Assembly: GCA_951406725.2 (NCBI GenBank)
Contig: OX597826.1
Span: 496,001 to 560,000 of the forward strand
Length of the DNA: 64,000 bases
From: Octopus vulgaris
Taxonomy: Eukaryota
Reading direction: 5' to 3'
Shown: positions 12,141 through 24,760 of the stretch, piece by piece
How positions within the stretch are numbered: the first letter of the stretch is position 1
How the letters are laid out: every line of letters starts with the position of its first letter
Notes under the pieces: model-generated
What the model was told of the DNA's origin: nothing
Seen by the model: only the letters and a program-made list of their open reading frames with translations
Databases searched by the model: none
Program-made: the position numbers and the translations under genes

Positions 12141-12666
12141 ATTATTCTGGTGCCAGAAGACGGCGAGCTGGCAGAAACAGTAGCACATCGGACATAACAT
12201 TCAGCGTAATCTTTTTCGGTTCTTTACGTCCTGAATTCAAATTCTGTCGAAATCTACTTTGTCTTTCTTCCCTTCAGGCCCGATAAAATAAAGTACTACA
12301 AATGAAGCACTAGGGCCCATGTAATCAACCCGCCTTCACCACCCCGCCCCAGACCTCCTGAGTTTCTTCTTAACTTAGAAGGGATTATTTTGTTACCAAG
12401 CAAGCAAAGGAATCAACTTCGGACAACAGCCACCATCCCGACAAATATTTTCCGGACATCCTCACTTAACTGACCCAGCCGAAGGTGAAAAAGTCGAATG
12501 CCGCTCCATGGCCATAGAAAAATTATTGGTGATAAGTCCCGAAGCATCCGAAATACGTAACGTGGAACCTACCGGAACATCATATATTCTTTTTAAAGAT
12601 ATTAAAATTTAATAAGATCAGACGTTATTCTCTCTCAACTTCCCCTTCTCTGTCTCTCTCTCTCCT

Positions 12667-12703
<37 letters not shown>

Positions 12704-12803
12704 CAGTAGTAGTAGTAGTAGTAGTAGTAATGATGCTGGTGGTGACGGTGATGGTAGCTGTGGTTGTAGTTGAGGTAGTAATAGGTGATGGGGCAGCAGC
12801 TGC

Positions 12804-12908
<105 letters not shown>

Positions 12909-13041
12909 GGTGGTGGTGGTGGTGGTGGTGGTGGCGGCGGCGGCGGTGGTGGTGGTGGTAATGGTGGTATTGGTGGCGGTAGTAGCGGTGGTGGTGGTAG
13001 TAGGTTTTGTTGTTTAAGCCCAGTTCAACCGTGTTTGGACA

Positions 13042-13308
13042 GATTTCCACTTATTCGGGTCTCTGCAGAATAGTCTTAATGGTAAAGATTTCAATTCCTT
13101 GGATGACGTAAAAAGACACCTTGATGAATTCTTTGCCATGAAACCACCTCAATTCTGAGAAGAGGGTATTTTCAAGTTAAAGGAAAGATGGAGACGCATT
13201 GTGCAACAAATTGGTTCATATTTGGTTGATTAAAAAATTAATGGCAAGTATTTATTGACCTTTTTCTTTCTTTTAAAAATCGGCACGAACTTTCCGGACA
13301 ACCGAATA
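13042..13308 (+). mobile_element. mariner transposon 3' fragment
   Basis: DFHLFGSLQNSLNGKDF...GIFKLKERWRRIVQQIGSY with an internal stop; TIR-like end CGGCACGAACTTTCCGGACAACCGAA followed by TA. Confidence 0.85.
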
Positions 13309-13578
13309 TATTTGAAGATCTACACTTGTACACTATTTTCTTGCTTTTTGTTTATCCTTCTTTACTCCTTGGAGCAAGATGGCGAGATTGCTGGGGTGGG
13401 GTTCCTTGTAACATGAGTCGGGTATTTAGTTCCTGGCCCAGGCCACTTGGCAGTAGGTAAATGTCAAGTTCCTTTATTCCTTCCTAAGCGTTAAATTAAC
13501 CATTTAGTAGCGTTTGTTGTTTCCGTGCTAATTTATAGAATACACACACACACGCGCACACACTCACACACACGCACA

Positions 13579-13620
<42 letters not shown>

Positions 13621-13833
13621 AACTCACAAGCATACATAAATACGTGCATATATTTATACATGCACATGGGAATTTACAAACTTGTATGTGTGTGTGTGCG
13701 TGCGTTTGTGTGCGCGCGCATGTGTGTGTGTGTATGCGTACATTTATATATATATATATATATACTCTTAAAATAATCAACGCTCAGCGTTAATTTTCCT
13801 ACATACAGTAAGAAAACTTAAAAGCTTACCACC

Positions 13834-13870
13834 ATGAACGGATTATATTATGGAATATGCCTTTTATTCG
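13834..13870 (+). CDS. Exon 1 of a small secreted/GPI-type protein (signal peptide start MNGLYYGICLLF)
   Basis: ACCACC-ATG context; phase-1 donor G|GTAAGT; splices in frame to 19645. Confidence 0.75.
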
Positions 13871-13904
13871 GTAAGTTGTATTAACAACTAAAACTTTTGG
13901 GAGA

Positions 13905-13961
<57 letters not shown>

Positions 13962-14769
13962 TATGGAGAGAGAGAGAGAGAAAGAGAGAGCGAGAGAGAG
14001 AGAGAAAGAGAGAGAGTATGACGATAATGTTTTACATTTCTTTGTTTATAATTTTAAGTGCAAAGCCCGCAAATTTGAATAAAAGGGACTTAGTCGAATC
14101 GGTTTTCTCTACTGATACTTTACCCGTAGCCTGTCCTGTAAAATACAGATCTTTCCCCGTCCGTTCATGCATCAAATATGACACACATTCCCAATTTTTA
14201 TATATTTATTTTTCATCAACTTGACACCTAATTTATGATAGAAGTACTTTTCCATTATTCAGGACGTATGAAACAAGGGCTAACTTAAAATTTGAAAACT
14301 AGCATGGGCCTTTGGGGCAAACTTACAAAAATTCTTTCGACTGGCAAAGGCATAAATATTGGAACGAAATTCGTTTAGTGAGTGCAAACCCAGGTCCAGG
14401 CCAGGATGTTCAAAGCGTTTTCATTCTCTCACATATTTTAGGGAGTGCGTTTGCACTCACTGCATCCCTTGTTCCCTCTCCTATGGAGAAAGGGTTAATT
14501 TTATTTACTGATAATTTGAGGGATGAAAGGCGAAGATGACCCCACAAGTATTTGAACTCAGAGAGTAAAAAGGCCGAATGACGCAAGAGAGTCTTATTTT
14601 TTTCCGATCCCGTGTAGCAAATGGTTATACCAGTTCGCTTGCTTTCCGAATTACTTGATCTGTTTTAGATTTTTATAACTTAGCAGGGCGATGTGTAGAA
14701 CTTGACAGTCCTTCTAGACATATTAACTCTTTGTAGACATTTTGACTTGTTAGAATCTTTTATTTTTCA

Positions 14770-15135
14770 TCTTCTACTTGTCTCACTCATTGGACTGCGA
14801 CCACGCTGGAGCACGGCCTTGTAGGATTTAGTCGAACATATCGCATCCAGTCCTTTCTTTAAGTTGATACATATTCTGCAGGGCTTTTTTGCTGAACTGC
14901 TACATTACGGGGACCTAAACCAAACACTGTCGGTTGTCTAGTGGTGGTGGGGAACACACACACACACACACACACAAACATATGACCGGTTTCGATACAC
15001 TGTTTGTCTACAAAATTCACTGACAAATAATCGGCCGGCCCGGGGCTTTAGTAGAAGTTGACGCGCTGTGTGACTGATCCCGAAACCATGTAGTTGTGAA
15101 GCGGGCTTCTTAATCACTCAGCTTTGCCTGTGCCT
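14770..15135 (-). mobile_element. SINE family B, diverged
   Basis: Reverse-complement tail CTTGT.TCA.TCATT.GACTGCG.CCA.GCTGGAGCAC and degraded head. Confidence 0.7.
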
Positions 15136-15337
15136 CGATATTTCTCGGTTGACAGTTTTGCATGGAATTTGTTTTTAGCTACAAACTGCTGAAAACACTT
15201 ATTCACAACGTTTCTTTCTGGTCTGAGTTGTTTGGCTGTTGTTATTACTTCAAAATTCTAGTGTTCTTTACACACCTCACGTATCCCTCAATTTTTCTTC
15301 CGTACGACGAGGCTTACATGTACCCTGGTTGGAGAAC

Positions 15338-15445
15338 TCCTAGACGTGTAGGAAGACGCCACGGCGAGCATGGAAGCCGCGGGCGCGAGCTCGGGTGAAG
15401 TCGCCTGTGAGTGATAATCTCGGTGGTAGTAGCAAATATTCTAAC
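15338..15445 (+). pseudogene. 28S rRNA fragment (diverged)
   Basis: ...GAAGCCGCGGGCGCGAGCTCGGGTGAAGTCGCC...ATCTCGGTGGTAGTAGCAAATATTC resembles the conserved LSU segment GATCTTGGTGGTAGTAGCAAATATTCAAAC. Confidence 0.8.
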
Positions 15446-15764
15446 TGTATACCTTGGAGATCATTTGCAGACAATGTGTACGGAGGAACGGACCAACTCG
15501 AGAGCTTTAAATCGTTACGGACCCGAATTTTCCAAAGAAGAATTTAGTAGAATATCAATTTTCTAATATTAGTTAGAAAGCAGTAGAATATCAGCCATCT
15601 TAGAAAACTTTGCACCATTTCTTCTGTCCCTCCGTTCTATGCGTTCAAATTCTGTCGATGCCGTCCCAGCCATTAATCAAATCGGCGTTGCTAAATAAAA
15701 TAGCTGTCATATTTCGATCGCTTTTTTCTTTCCTTTTTCTTTCTTTCTTTCTTTCTTTCTTTCT

Positions 15765-15803
<39 letters not shown>

Positions 15804-17684
15804 TTTCTTAATTGGCTCCTTGAAGGGTCCGGAAAAACAGTATTCATGTCACAGACTTACTTATCTTATTCCTACTCAGGGGACACAACGAATAAGAAAG
15901 AATGATTATTATTGCCTATTGATAAGTTCGTAGATGTCTTCGATTAGATAAATTTTCGAAAAGAGTGAAAATCTTGAAGTATTGGACTTTTTTCCATCAT
16001 CGGTCCGAATTCCTCAATAGACTAATAACTGGCTCTGCACACCATTACCAAATCGCCCTTGGATTTAAGATTTTATATTGTTGGGATCAATGACCAGTTG
16101 TTGTTGTTTCCCGCCAACAGGTCAACCATGAGAAACTTATCTTTAAATGTCCTCCGGCTATCATCATTCAGTCACCTTATTTTTCAAACATTGCATATTT
16201 TACCTTTTAGCATAATAATCTCTGTTAATATTAGAGGGCGGGCTTATTCGAAAACCTCCATCAAAACAAACTCTTATTGTAATGTAGATTTGTTTGAAGC
16301 CCACACACTTGTACTTTTGTTTTAATACTCCTATGCTTAGTATGCTAGATATGTAGCACATGCTGCAAGTAGACAGTAAAGTTGGCACTAAGTAAATTGC
16401 CTTGAAGAGATTTTGCAACTCTGAGATAAAACGCACCAAATCTTTCATGCTTACGAAAAGTAGAAAAATTATTTAAAACTCCTCTTCTATTGCCATTTCA
16501 GACCGCATTCGCGATTTTTCCCGAGACAGGTTTAAAAATTTGCTAAGAGAGAGCAGTGAAAATACTTTATTTAAAAAAAATTGTCAGTAAAAAATTAATT
16601 CAGTGAAATTAGCTGAACAGTGCAATCAGTGGAGATTAGCAGCTAAGGACATCAGAACTAGAAAAATGTTGCCACCATATTTTTGAAAACATATGCTGCT
16701 TTATCTCAAATAGTTTTGAAATTAATGAAGCAGGACATTTGAAAATTAGGCACAAGCCCAGCAATTTTAAGAGAGTGAGACAAGTCAATTAAATTCGACT
16801 GAAACTGTTACTCGCTTTATCGAACCCAAATTACTGGACTCGTGCCAAATTTTGAAAAAAATTAAAAATTGGAGTTTAAGGCTGCGCACTGGCGGAATCA
16901 GTAACGAATTGAACAAAATACCAAGCGGCCTTTCTTCCGGCTCTTTACGTTTTGAGTTCAAATTCCACCGAGGGTGATTTTTACCTTTCATCCTTTCCTG
17001 GTTTACTGACCACTGACGTCGATATAATCGACTTATCCCATCCACTGAAACTGCTGGTTTTGTGCCAAAATCTAAAACCGTTATTAATCTAGTGTGCTGA
17101 GTATAACAATTAACATGGAATTTCAGTGGAAGGGGTTAATTTTGATTTCTTTTAATCAAGTCTATATCGTAGAACAAGGAGTGGTGGCCTGGGGTGGCCT
17201 GGTATCAAAAAGGTTAACAAATTAAAGGGCTCAATATTGATAACATTATAGTCGAAATATTCAGCAATGAAGGAATGAATGCTTAAAAAAGTATTAAAAA
17301 GGGTAAGTATTCAATACAGACAGCAGTGGATCCTCACCGTTTGACGATTTGGTTGTTCTATCAACAGAATTGTTTGCCTCTTAATTAGAGAGTGAATTAC
17401 TGCGTATTCCTCAGACACGAGCAACTTCCCGTAATTCTCCGCCAGAACCAGCTTCACACATCGAGCGTGACCAGGCCGTACATTTTGAATTACAGGAAAC
17501 TTTTGAATTCATGCGTTTGTACATTTTCCGTCTACACAACTTTACTCATGCGTTATGAACTGGAAGGAGGCTGCCCAAAAAGACATTTGCCCAGGATTTC
17601 AGGCAGAAGGATCAAGCGCGTGGCCTCATTCAAAAGCGGTCTTCTTAACCAATCGGCCATGCTTCCTCTACATAGACATAGATA

Positions 17685-17917
17685 TATTTCTTTATTGCCC
17701 ACAAGGGGCTAAACATAAAGGGGACAAACAAGGACAAACAAACGGATAAAGTCGATTATATCGACCCCAATGCGTAACCGGTACTTAATTTATCGACCCC
17801 GAAAGGATGAAAGGCAAAGTCGACCTCGGCGGAATTTGAACTCAGAACGTAGCGGCAGACGAAATAACAATAAGCATTTCGCCCGGGGCGCTAACGAGTC
17901 TGCCAGCTCGCCGCCTT
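17685..17917 (-). mobile_element. SINE family A monomer
   Basis: Full head (CTGCCAGCTCGCCGCCTT on +) to tail (ATTTCTTTATTGCCCACAAGGGG). Confidence 0.85.
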
Positions 17918-17969
17918 CGTAATACCTGTCATACCGTCTATTCAATGCCTGTCATACCGTCTATCATTT

Positions 17970-18895
17970 TTGTAATAGACTTTTGAGGTCCTTCAACTTT
18001 CATGATACGTTGTTTCGTGTGGGGAGACCACAGTAAACAACAGTATTCAGGCTAAGGTCGGGCAAAAGTGGAGAAGAGAAGGATAATGGTGTGGATATCT
18101 CATGACTGGAAAGTTATGAGAATCCAGAAACACATTCCGAAGGCCATGTCAACTTTGCTGTTTATATGAGAGGCCCAGCTTATGCTGTTGTCCACAATTA
18201 CTCCCAATATTCTGATGTTGTTGGATGGCACGAGAGTTTCACCTGAAGGAAGAAAGTATGAGAGTTTCAGGGTGTCTTCTTTTCCGAAGTGGATTAATTA
18301 AAATTTTCTCCTCGTTCAGCAGCATACTATACTTTTCCGCTCATTTGATGACAGCCAGTAGATCTGACTGAATGTATGTTCGGTCACCCATTTCATTGAT
18401 GACCTTCTGGATCTTGGAATTGTCTGCAAAGATTCTTATGTTGCTGTGCTTGATGATGTCAGTAATATCATTGATGTAGATGATTAAAAGAAGTGGGCCC
18501 AACATATTGCCTTCTGGAACACTACTACTGACGTTGGCTGGGCTTGATATTACTACTTCGTCTACAACGTGTTGGGTTCTGTCTGTCAGGAAACACTTGA
18601 TCCATTGTAGTAATCCAATGCTGAAATCAAGGTATTCAAGCCCTCTCCCAAAGCTCTCAAAATGTCATCAAAGTGTGCAGGAGCTGTGTTAGGCAGTTCC
18701 TTCCATTACAGAACCCGTGTTGGTTTGGGTTCAACAGTCTGTTGCTTTCAAGAAAGTGGGTTGTTCGTCATATCCCCACTCTCTCGAATAACTTGATAAT
18801 ATGAGATGAGTGCGGTCGGACGGTAGTTCACTGCAAGGGACTTGTTTCCCTTTTTGAAAACCAGGACAACAGACCGGGAGAAAACCGGAACCGTC
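17970..18895 (-). mobile_element. Degenerate CR1/L2-type LINE RT fragment
   Basis: - strand motifs [44 protein letters not shown]; many frameshifts. Confidence 0.8.
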
Positions 18896-19140
18896 TATAT
18901 ATGTATGTATATGTATGTGTATGCATATATATATATATAGATATGTATATGTGTATGTATGTATGTATGTATGTATGTATGTATGTATGTATGTATGTAT
19001 GTATGTATGTATGTATGCGTATATATATGTATGTATATGTATATATAAATGTATGCATATATATATATGTATGTATATATGTACATATATATTTGTACAT
19101 TTATCAATATATATAAGTATATATATATATAAACATACAT

Positions 19141-19473
19141 AGGCGCATGGCTCAGAGTCTAGAGCGTCGACTTTACGATCGTGAGTTTGTGAGTTCGAAT
19201 CACAGACCGGGATGCGAGTTGCGTTCTTGAGCAAGACACTTTATTTCACGCTGCTCCAATTCACTCAGCTGTAGAAATGAGTTGCGACGTCACTGGGGCG
19301 AAGCTGTATCGGTGTTTGCCTTTCCCTTTCGATAACAATGGTGGCGTGGAGAGGGGGAGGCTGGCATGCATGGGTGATTGCTGGTCTTCCATAAACAACC
19401 TTGCCCGGATTAGTATCTGGGAAGGTAACTTTCTAAGTGCAATCCCATGCTAAGTCATGACCGAAGGGGGTCT
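19141..19473 (+). mobile_element. SINE family C (tRNA-derived)
   Basis: GGCGCATGGCTCAG...GAGTTCGAATC head plus TTCTTGAGCAAGACACTTTATTTCAC...CACTCAGCTG core shared with 20259 and 42580. Confidence 0.8.
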
Positions 19474-19484
19474 CAGACAGACAG

Positions 19485-19573
<89 letters not shown>

Positions 19574-19579
19574 ATACAC

Positions 19580-19616
<37 letters not shown>

Positions 19617-19644
19617 TATGTAATGCATATTCTTTTTGTTTCAG

Positions 19645-19682
19645 TGATTGGCTGTGCCATGGCTGACTGCAATCTCCAAAAG
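19645..19682 (+). CDS. Exon 2 of the secreted protein (VIGCAMA/DCNLQK)
   Basis: Acceptor TTCTTTTTGTTTCAG|, donor AAG|GTAAGC; completes the signal peptide MNGLYYGICLLFVIGCAMA. Confidence 0.75.
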
Positions 19683-20258
19683 GTAAGCGAATGTCAACGT
19701 GAATTCGGTCCGAAGATGCAAGACGGCGGAGATAAAGCCACTATGTGCAAGTAAGATAAATAAATAAATAAAAAACAAAGAATTTTTTTCATTCTTCCAT
19801 CGTTCTCTTCTTCTTAATACATTGTCAGGAGATTTAGTTTCGTACTCATGAGGAGCCAGGTTCGATCCACCCAAGTGGCACCTAGGTCAAGTTTTGTTAA
19901 CCTCTAAATTTAGGATTGACTTAATCCGCGTGGCGAGGACACAGCTCCAGTGTTCAGGAATTTGGAAGAACATGTAGTTCCCCCTTAATTGCGCCCTATT
20001 GTTAAGGGCTTTCTGACCCTGAAAGGTACTACTTTACAGTTATAGATCCAGCAATAGATTGATCCTGTGGCCATGGCGTTGCACCAGGTCTACCTGCCAG
20101 TGAGTATTTTTGTGTGGGAGTCAGCGATATAATTGGAAAAAAATACATTCAAACAAAGAGGCGAAGGTCGCTAGCACTCGTGTGTGTGTTTTTTTCTATG
20201 CTCCTCCCACCACGTTACAACCACTGTTGGATTATTTATGTCCTTGTAACTTAGTTTG

Positions 20259-20510
20259 TGGAGGCGCGTGGCTTAGTGGTTAGGATGTCGGCATCATGAT
20301 CGTAAGATTGTGGTTTCGATTCCTGGACCGGGCGACGCGTTGTGTTCTTGAGCAAAACACTTCATTTCACTTTGCTCCAGTCCACTCAGCTGGCAAAAAT
20401 GAGTAACGCTGCGATGGACTGGCGTCCCGTCCAGCTGGGGAACACATATGCCATTGAAACCGGGAAACCGGGCCCATGAATCTGGCTAGGCTTTAAAAAG
20501 GGCGCATTTT
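20259..20510 (+). mobile_element. SINE family C nested in a family B remnant
   Basis: TGGCTTAGTGG A-box, GGTTTCGATTCC B-box, shared family C core. Confidence 0.8.
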
Positions 20511-20726
20511 TTTTTCTAACTTAGTCTGGCAAAACCACCCGATCGAATAAGTACTAAGCCTTAAAAGCGAAAGAGTACTGGCATCAATTTGTTCGATTCC
20601 AAAATAGAGCCCCAGCATGGCCGTCTGATAACTGAATCAAGTAAAAGAAAATATGGAGGAAAGGTTATTAATCTTCCGTTTTGTGGAAAATTAATAACAC
20701 TAATTTCAATTAATATACGCTTTCAG

Positions 20727-20845
20727 GCTCTATACTTTGCATCCCTATGGATGAACATATATATGTTGGTTGGTTCAAATCCCGCCAACTCCTCTTCAAA
20801 TTCACTCTGAGGGAATACACAGATTGTGTCGCAACAAACAGTTCT
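20727..20845 (+). pseudogene. Probable exon 3 of the secreted protein, disrupted
   Basis: Acceptor CGCTTTCAG|; phase 0 reads ALYFASLWMNIYMLVGSNPANSSSNSL then TGA; adding 1 nt gives LCREYTDCVATNSS; no clean donor seen. Confidence 0.45.
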
Positions 20846-21388
20846 CTCATCATAGTTTTTTAACCACTCCTTGGGAGCCACAATTCGCCACTCCAAGGCT
20901 TTCTTATATTTGGTTGCCATCAATAAAATAAATTAAAATATAAAAGTTCACAACAAAATCAAAAAATGTTCAAATAAAAGTCTCTAATGCAAACACAAAA
21001 AAGAGCAGAAAAACAGAATAGAGGAAAAGAAGGAAGGATGACAGTTCAAATGACAACAAAATTCAACTCTGATAATGCTTTGTTGCACAGTTAAACGTCA
21101 TTTGCTGCACAAAAATAGCAGCAAAAATACCTGGTTGTACTCCAAATGGTAAAATACTCCAATTGGTAAAACCCACGAAGTGCACACAGTCACATAAAAT
21201 CATAAATTTCCGGAGGGGATACGCCCCCTCAAGAAAAACAGCACGAGATGCAGCACGGATTTTCGTCAGTGAACAGGTCGAGGTCTGAAAGCGACGAAAA
21301 TATTTTGACAAATTAAACTTAAATGTTGAAGTGAATCGAACGGCTTTTGTGTGTTTCTTAAATGGCTTATAAACACCTTCCACGCTGC

Positions 21389-21463
<75 letters not shown>

Positions 21464-21513
21464 CGTATATATATATACGGACACATACATGTATGCACAC
21501 ACACATACACACT

Positions 21514-21544
<31 letters not shown>

Positions 21545-22065
21545 TATATATATACAGAATGGTTGTATACTGTCAATCTAACAAGAACGTGACAGTAGGG
21601 GGTACACCACCGCTGTATAGCCCTAGGAAGCATCGAACGCCTCCTGATGGCTTTGACACATTTTTCTCTGTGTCCTTATATACATTTACGACAAACACCC
21701 CCGGCTGCCGAAACTGCATCTAGGGCAACGTGTTTCAGGATCGTTGTCCTTCATCGATCAGCGGACCTAATTCTGCATTTCACTACTCACACTTTTGAAC
21801 TGCTAAACCTTGTTGCACTTTCTTTATTTGAATCTTAAACCTTAAAGATTCAAATTAACAAATTATAGGGTCAGACATTGGAAGTGGTAGGCCTTAATCT
21901 TGCAGAACCTAATTTTTCACACGGACAGCTCTATGTCGGATGCTCTAGAGTTGGAAATCCGGAAAATTTATTCATCTATGCGCCCAACGGCAAAACCAAA
22001 CACATTGTCTATCACGAAGCCCTGCAAGACTGATATTTTGGAACAAAGATGCATCTCCCTCCGAA

Positions 22066-22215
22066 AACCTCTCTCGCCAACCTCGAACAATCTCTCTCGA
22101 GAATCCGTAACAGACTCTCTCGCCAACCTCCAACAGTCTCTCTCTTGCCAACCTCCGACAGTCTCTCTCGCCACTATTCGAAAACCTTTCTCGCCAACCT
22201 CGGACAATCTCTCCC
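22066..22215. repeat. Degenerate ~23-bp tandem repeat
   Basis: Units like CTCTCTCGCCAACCTC(C/G)(A/G)ACA(A/G)T repeated about 5-6 times. Confidence 0.8.
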
Positions 22216-22859
22216 TCTTCCACCTGAGAGTTTTTTGTACTCTTTCGCAATGGAAAATACACCTTTTGTGGCAGTTATAACAAAATTGCTTTCTTTATAT
22301 CAGAGTAATAAGGCGTTTCAATAAGGCGTTTAACTAGAACATCTTTACCCCCGGAAATTACCAGGTATACCAGATTGTATATATATATGGATGACGCGTG
22401 ACCGAGTAAAACCACTTTTTTAACGCATTTTGCTCCAAGACGCATCTCATATTTGGTCTCCCCATCGCTTTTGATGTCCCATATGGCTCGTAAGACCTGT
22501 AAGGAATCTACAAGTCATTCTACACCGACCAACCAAGCAACAGCCCAACAATCTGGATGCTGGGACCTACAATATTGGATGAGGCTAGTGGCCGACCGAG
22601 ACACGCTGCTACATACGGTGCACGTAATAACATGCGGGGCAGCACATTGGTAGACACGATTGTGCCTCCGTGACCTGGCTTGTAACTGAGTTGGCTTGAC
22701 TTCGAGGAGGAGACAGGACCACACTGATCGCAGGAAAGAACTCATTTGTGTCCTTGTTAGGGAGAGGAGACTTCACATCCTCCATATATATTTACCACCG
22801 TCTTTATGATAGACCTAAAATATAAATTCTCCAACCCAAATTTGTGGTGAAACACTTGA

Positions 22860-23486
22860 TCATTTTGTGTAGGGCTGTCCTAAACTAACACCAAACGAAT
22901 ATAAATATCGTCACGATATAAGGTAGAGTAATGTTTACATTGGAAAATATGTAAGCAGTACCAAATAGACACACCTGCTGACTGGCATAAACACCGTTCT
23001 GACTCAGTGGTTGAAGGCGAAAATGTCATCAGCTGAGACTTGCCTAACACTGACTGAACAATCCACGCTAATCGACCAGACATAATCATTAAAGAGTGAG
23101 AAAAAATACTTGTAAACTGATAGATATGTGACCCTTCTAACAATATATCTGCCAAGGAATTTGACAAGCCCTGTAAATATAATAATCTAAGCTGAGTAAA
23201 TGTAAGAATATAAGTAACTGAAATACTAGACACAGCATTTTTAAGCGAAAACTGTCCCTATTATTATAAGTATCAGAGACATCTAGATAACCTCCCAGAA
23301 GACACATCTCTCACAAATATATTTTCAAAATGTGTTAACATGTACTACCCACCCTCTTAGAAAAGCCCTGTCAAATTACTTGCTTTTTACTGTAGTGTTC
23401 ATGTATTGTATATGTATTTTTGTACTGTCTTCCCCACTTTCTCTCCCCAAACTTTCAAATCTACCTAAACATTTGTTAATCTTCAC

Positions 23487-23487
<1 letters not shown>
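22860..23487 (+). mobile_element. Degenerate Dong/R4 LINE 3' end (RLE domain)
   Basis: GCPKLTPNEYKYRHD, LHWKICKQY, HANRPDIII; ends at an (AAT)n tract. Confidence 0.75.
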
Positions 23488-23563
<76 letters not shown>

Positions 23564-23616
23564 TTAATAATAAAACAACCATATGATACTAACATTGTAT
23601 TTCTCTATATTTTCAG

Positions 23617-23699
23617 ACGTACCCAAACTGTATGCTCATAGCAGTGTCATCTCTGGTGCTTTCATTGCAGCAGTCGCCTTCAAGAAGTTACTTCTTTAA
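23617..23699 (+). CDS. Terminal coding exon with GPI-signal-like tail (xVPKLYAHSSVISGAFIAAVAFKKLLL*)
   Basis: Branch point TACTAAC at 23587-23593, acceptor TTTCTCTATATTTTCAG|, hydrophobic C-terminus in phase 1, AT-rich sequence downstream. Confidence 0.65.
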
Positions 23700-23970
23700 A
23701 ATTTTTATTATGATATTCATAAAATTGATAAATATATGTTGATTTAAAAGTTGTAAACTTGCTTTCTAAGTGAATGTACGAGTTCAAAGAGTACAAATTC
23801 TTGTTGTCTTAATTGTATGTTGATATACAAATTATAATTTGAGCTAGGACATATATGCTAGGACACAACAATCTCCTAAGCAGATATGAGCAGCATGTGG
23901 GAACCGGTATTAAGGAAGGATAGAAAGATATTAGATTTATAAGCCCTAAAATTCACTCCATAATTGCCCA

Positions 23971-24045
23971 CAAGCATATGGTGTAGTGGTTCAGAGCGCG
24001 GGCTACTAATCCTCAGATTCCGAGTTCGATTCCAAGCAGGGACCT
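23971..24045 (+). mobile_element. tRNA-like SINE head, same family as 3322-3398
   Basis: GCATATGGTGTAGTGGTTCAGAGCGCGGGCTACTAA...GAGTTCGATTCCAAGCAG. Confidence 0.75.
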
Positions 24046-24259
24046 CCTATTGTTTCCATGCTATAGTCGTCGTCATGGCAATCATTATGTAAACATTAAC
24101 GTTTCCTATTTCCGATCTGAGATTCGAAACCGAATCTCGGGATTCTCGCTCATCTGATCCAAAGAAATTTCATTGTCCTGTCAAACTGGAATTACCGTTA
24201 GTGCTTTCTTAGTTCGCTTGAAGATGTCGGACGCTGGTATCGCGAAAACGAAGTAAAAA

Positions 24260-24760
24260 TCATGGCCTAAATCTGTACAAGCTTTCTCTTAGATTACATG
24301 ATGAAAATTCGTCTATTTCTTATTGCCAGAAAATCAGGCTGCTTCCGAAACAAATGCATTGCCCATCTTGCAGAGCTATATTAAGCAAGGTTTATAAAAT
24401 TAAGCGTCCAGGAAGGTTGCATTCAGAGTGCAGGTTCCTCCAGTGCAAGAACTCGTCAAAAAACCAAATTCCACTTCGGAAGGGAACTTGTTTTGCCTAC
24501 AGTAATTTGTCTCTGCTACTGGTTTATTGCTTTATCTATAAGTTACCTTATCATCAAACGGTCCATGAAATGAATATTTCTTCGACTGAAAGTGACTCGG
24601 ACAATGGCAAAGTGTTAGTAACGTCAGCAGAAACCGTAGCAGACTATTTTTCGTACTGTCGTGAAATTTGCCAGTGGTCGGTGGAACAAAACTGCATACG
24701 GACCAACCCATTGGCGGCCCAGGACTTACTGTGGAAATCAATGATTCGAAATTGGGTAAC
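24260..24760 (+). mobile_element. Merlin (IS1595/IS1016-like) transposase remnant
   Basis: Zn ribbon CPSC...C..C, LRKGTCF..SNLSL, DYFSYCREIC, then IGGPGLTVEINDSKLG after a frameshift. Confidence 0.8.

Noticed and set aside
12400-12520. Possible fifth paralogue of the short ORF family (DKYFPDIL...QPK)
   Set aside because: Only two short words match, spacing differs and stops intervene; not distinguishable from chance
15950-16330. LRR-like words (SENLEVLDF, MRNLSLNVLRL)
   Set aside because: No regular LRR period, an in-frame stop and no splice support
17555-17600. TGRRLPK resembling TGRRLRK of ORF A
   Set aside because: The DNA is a decayed SINE B segment (GAGGCT...AAGACA.TTGCCC), so the match is coincidental
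20723-20923. - strand ORF MMATKYKKALEW...
   Set aside because: Antisense to the better-supported + strand exon 3; no recognisable domain
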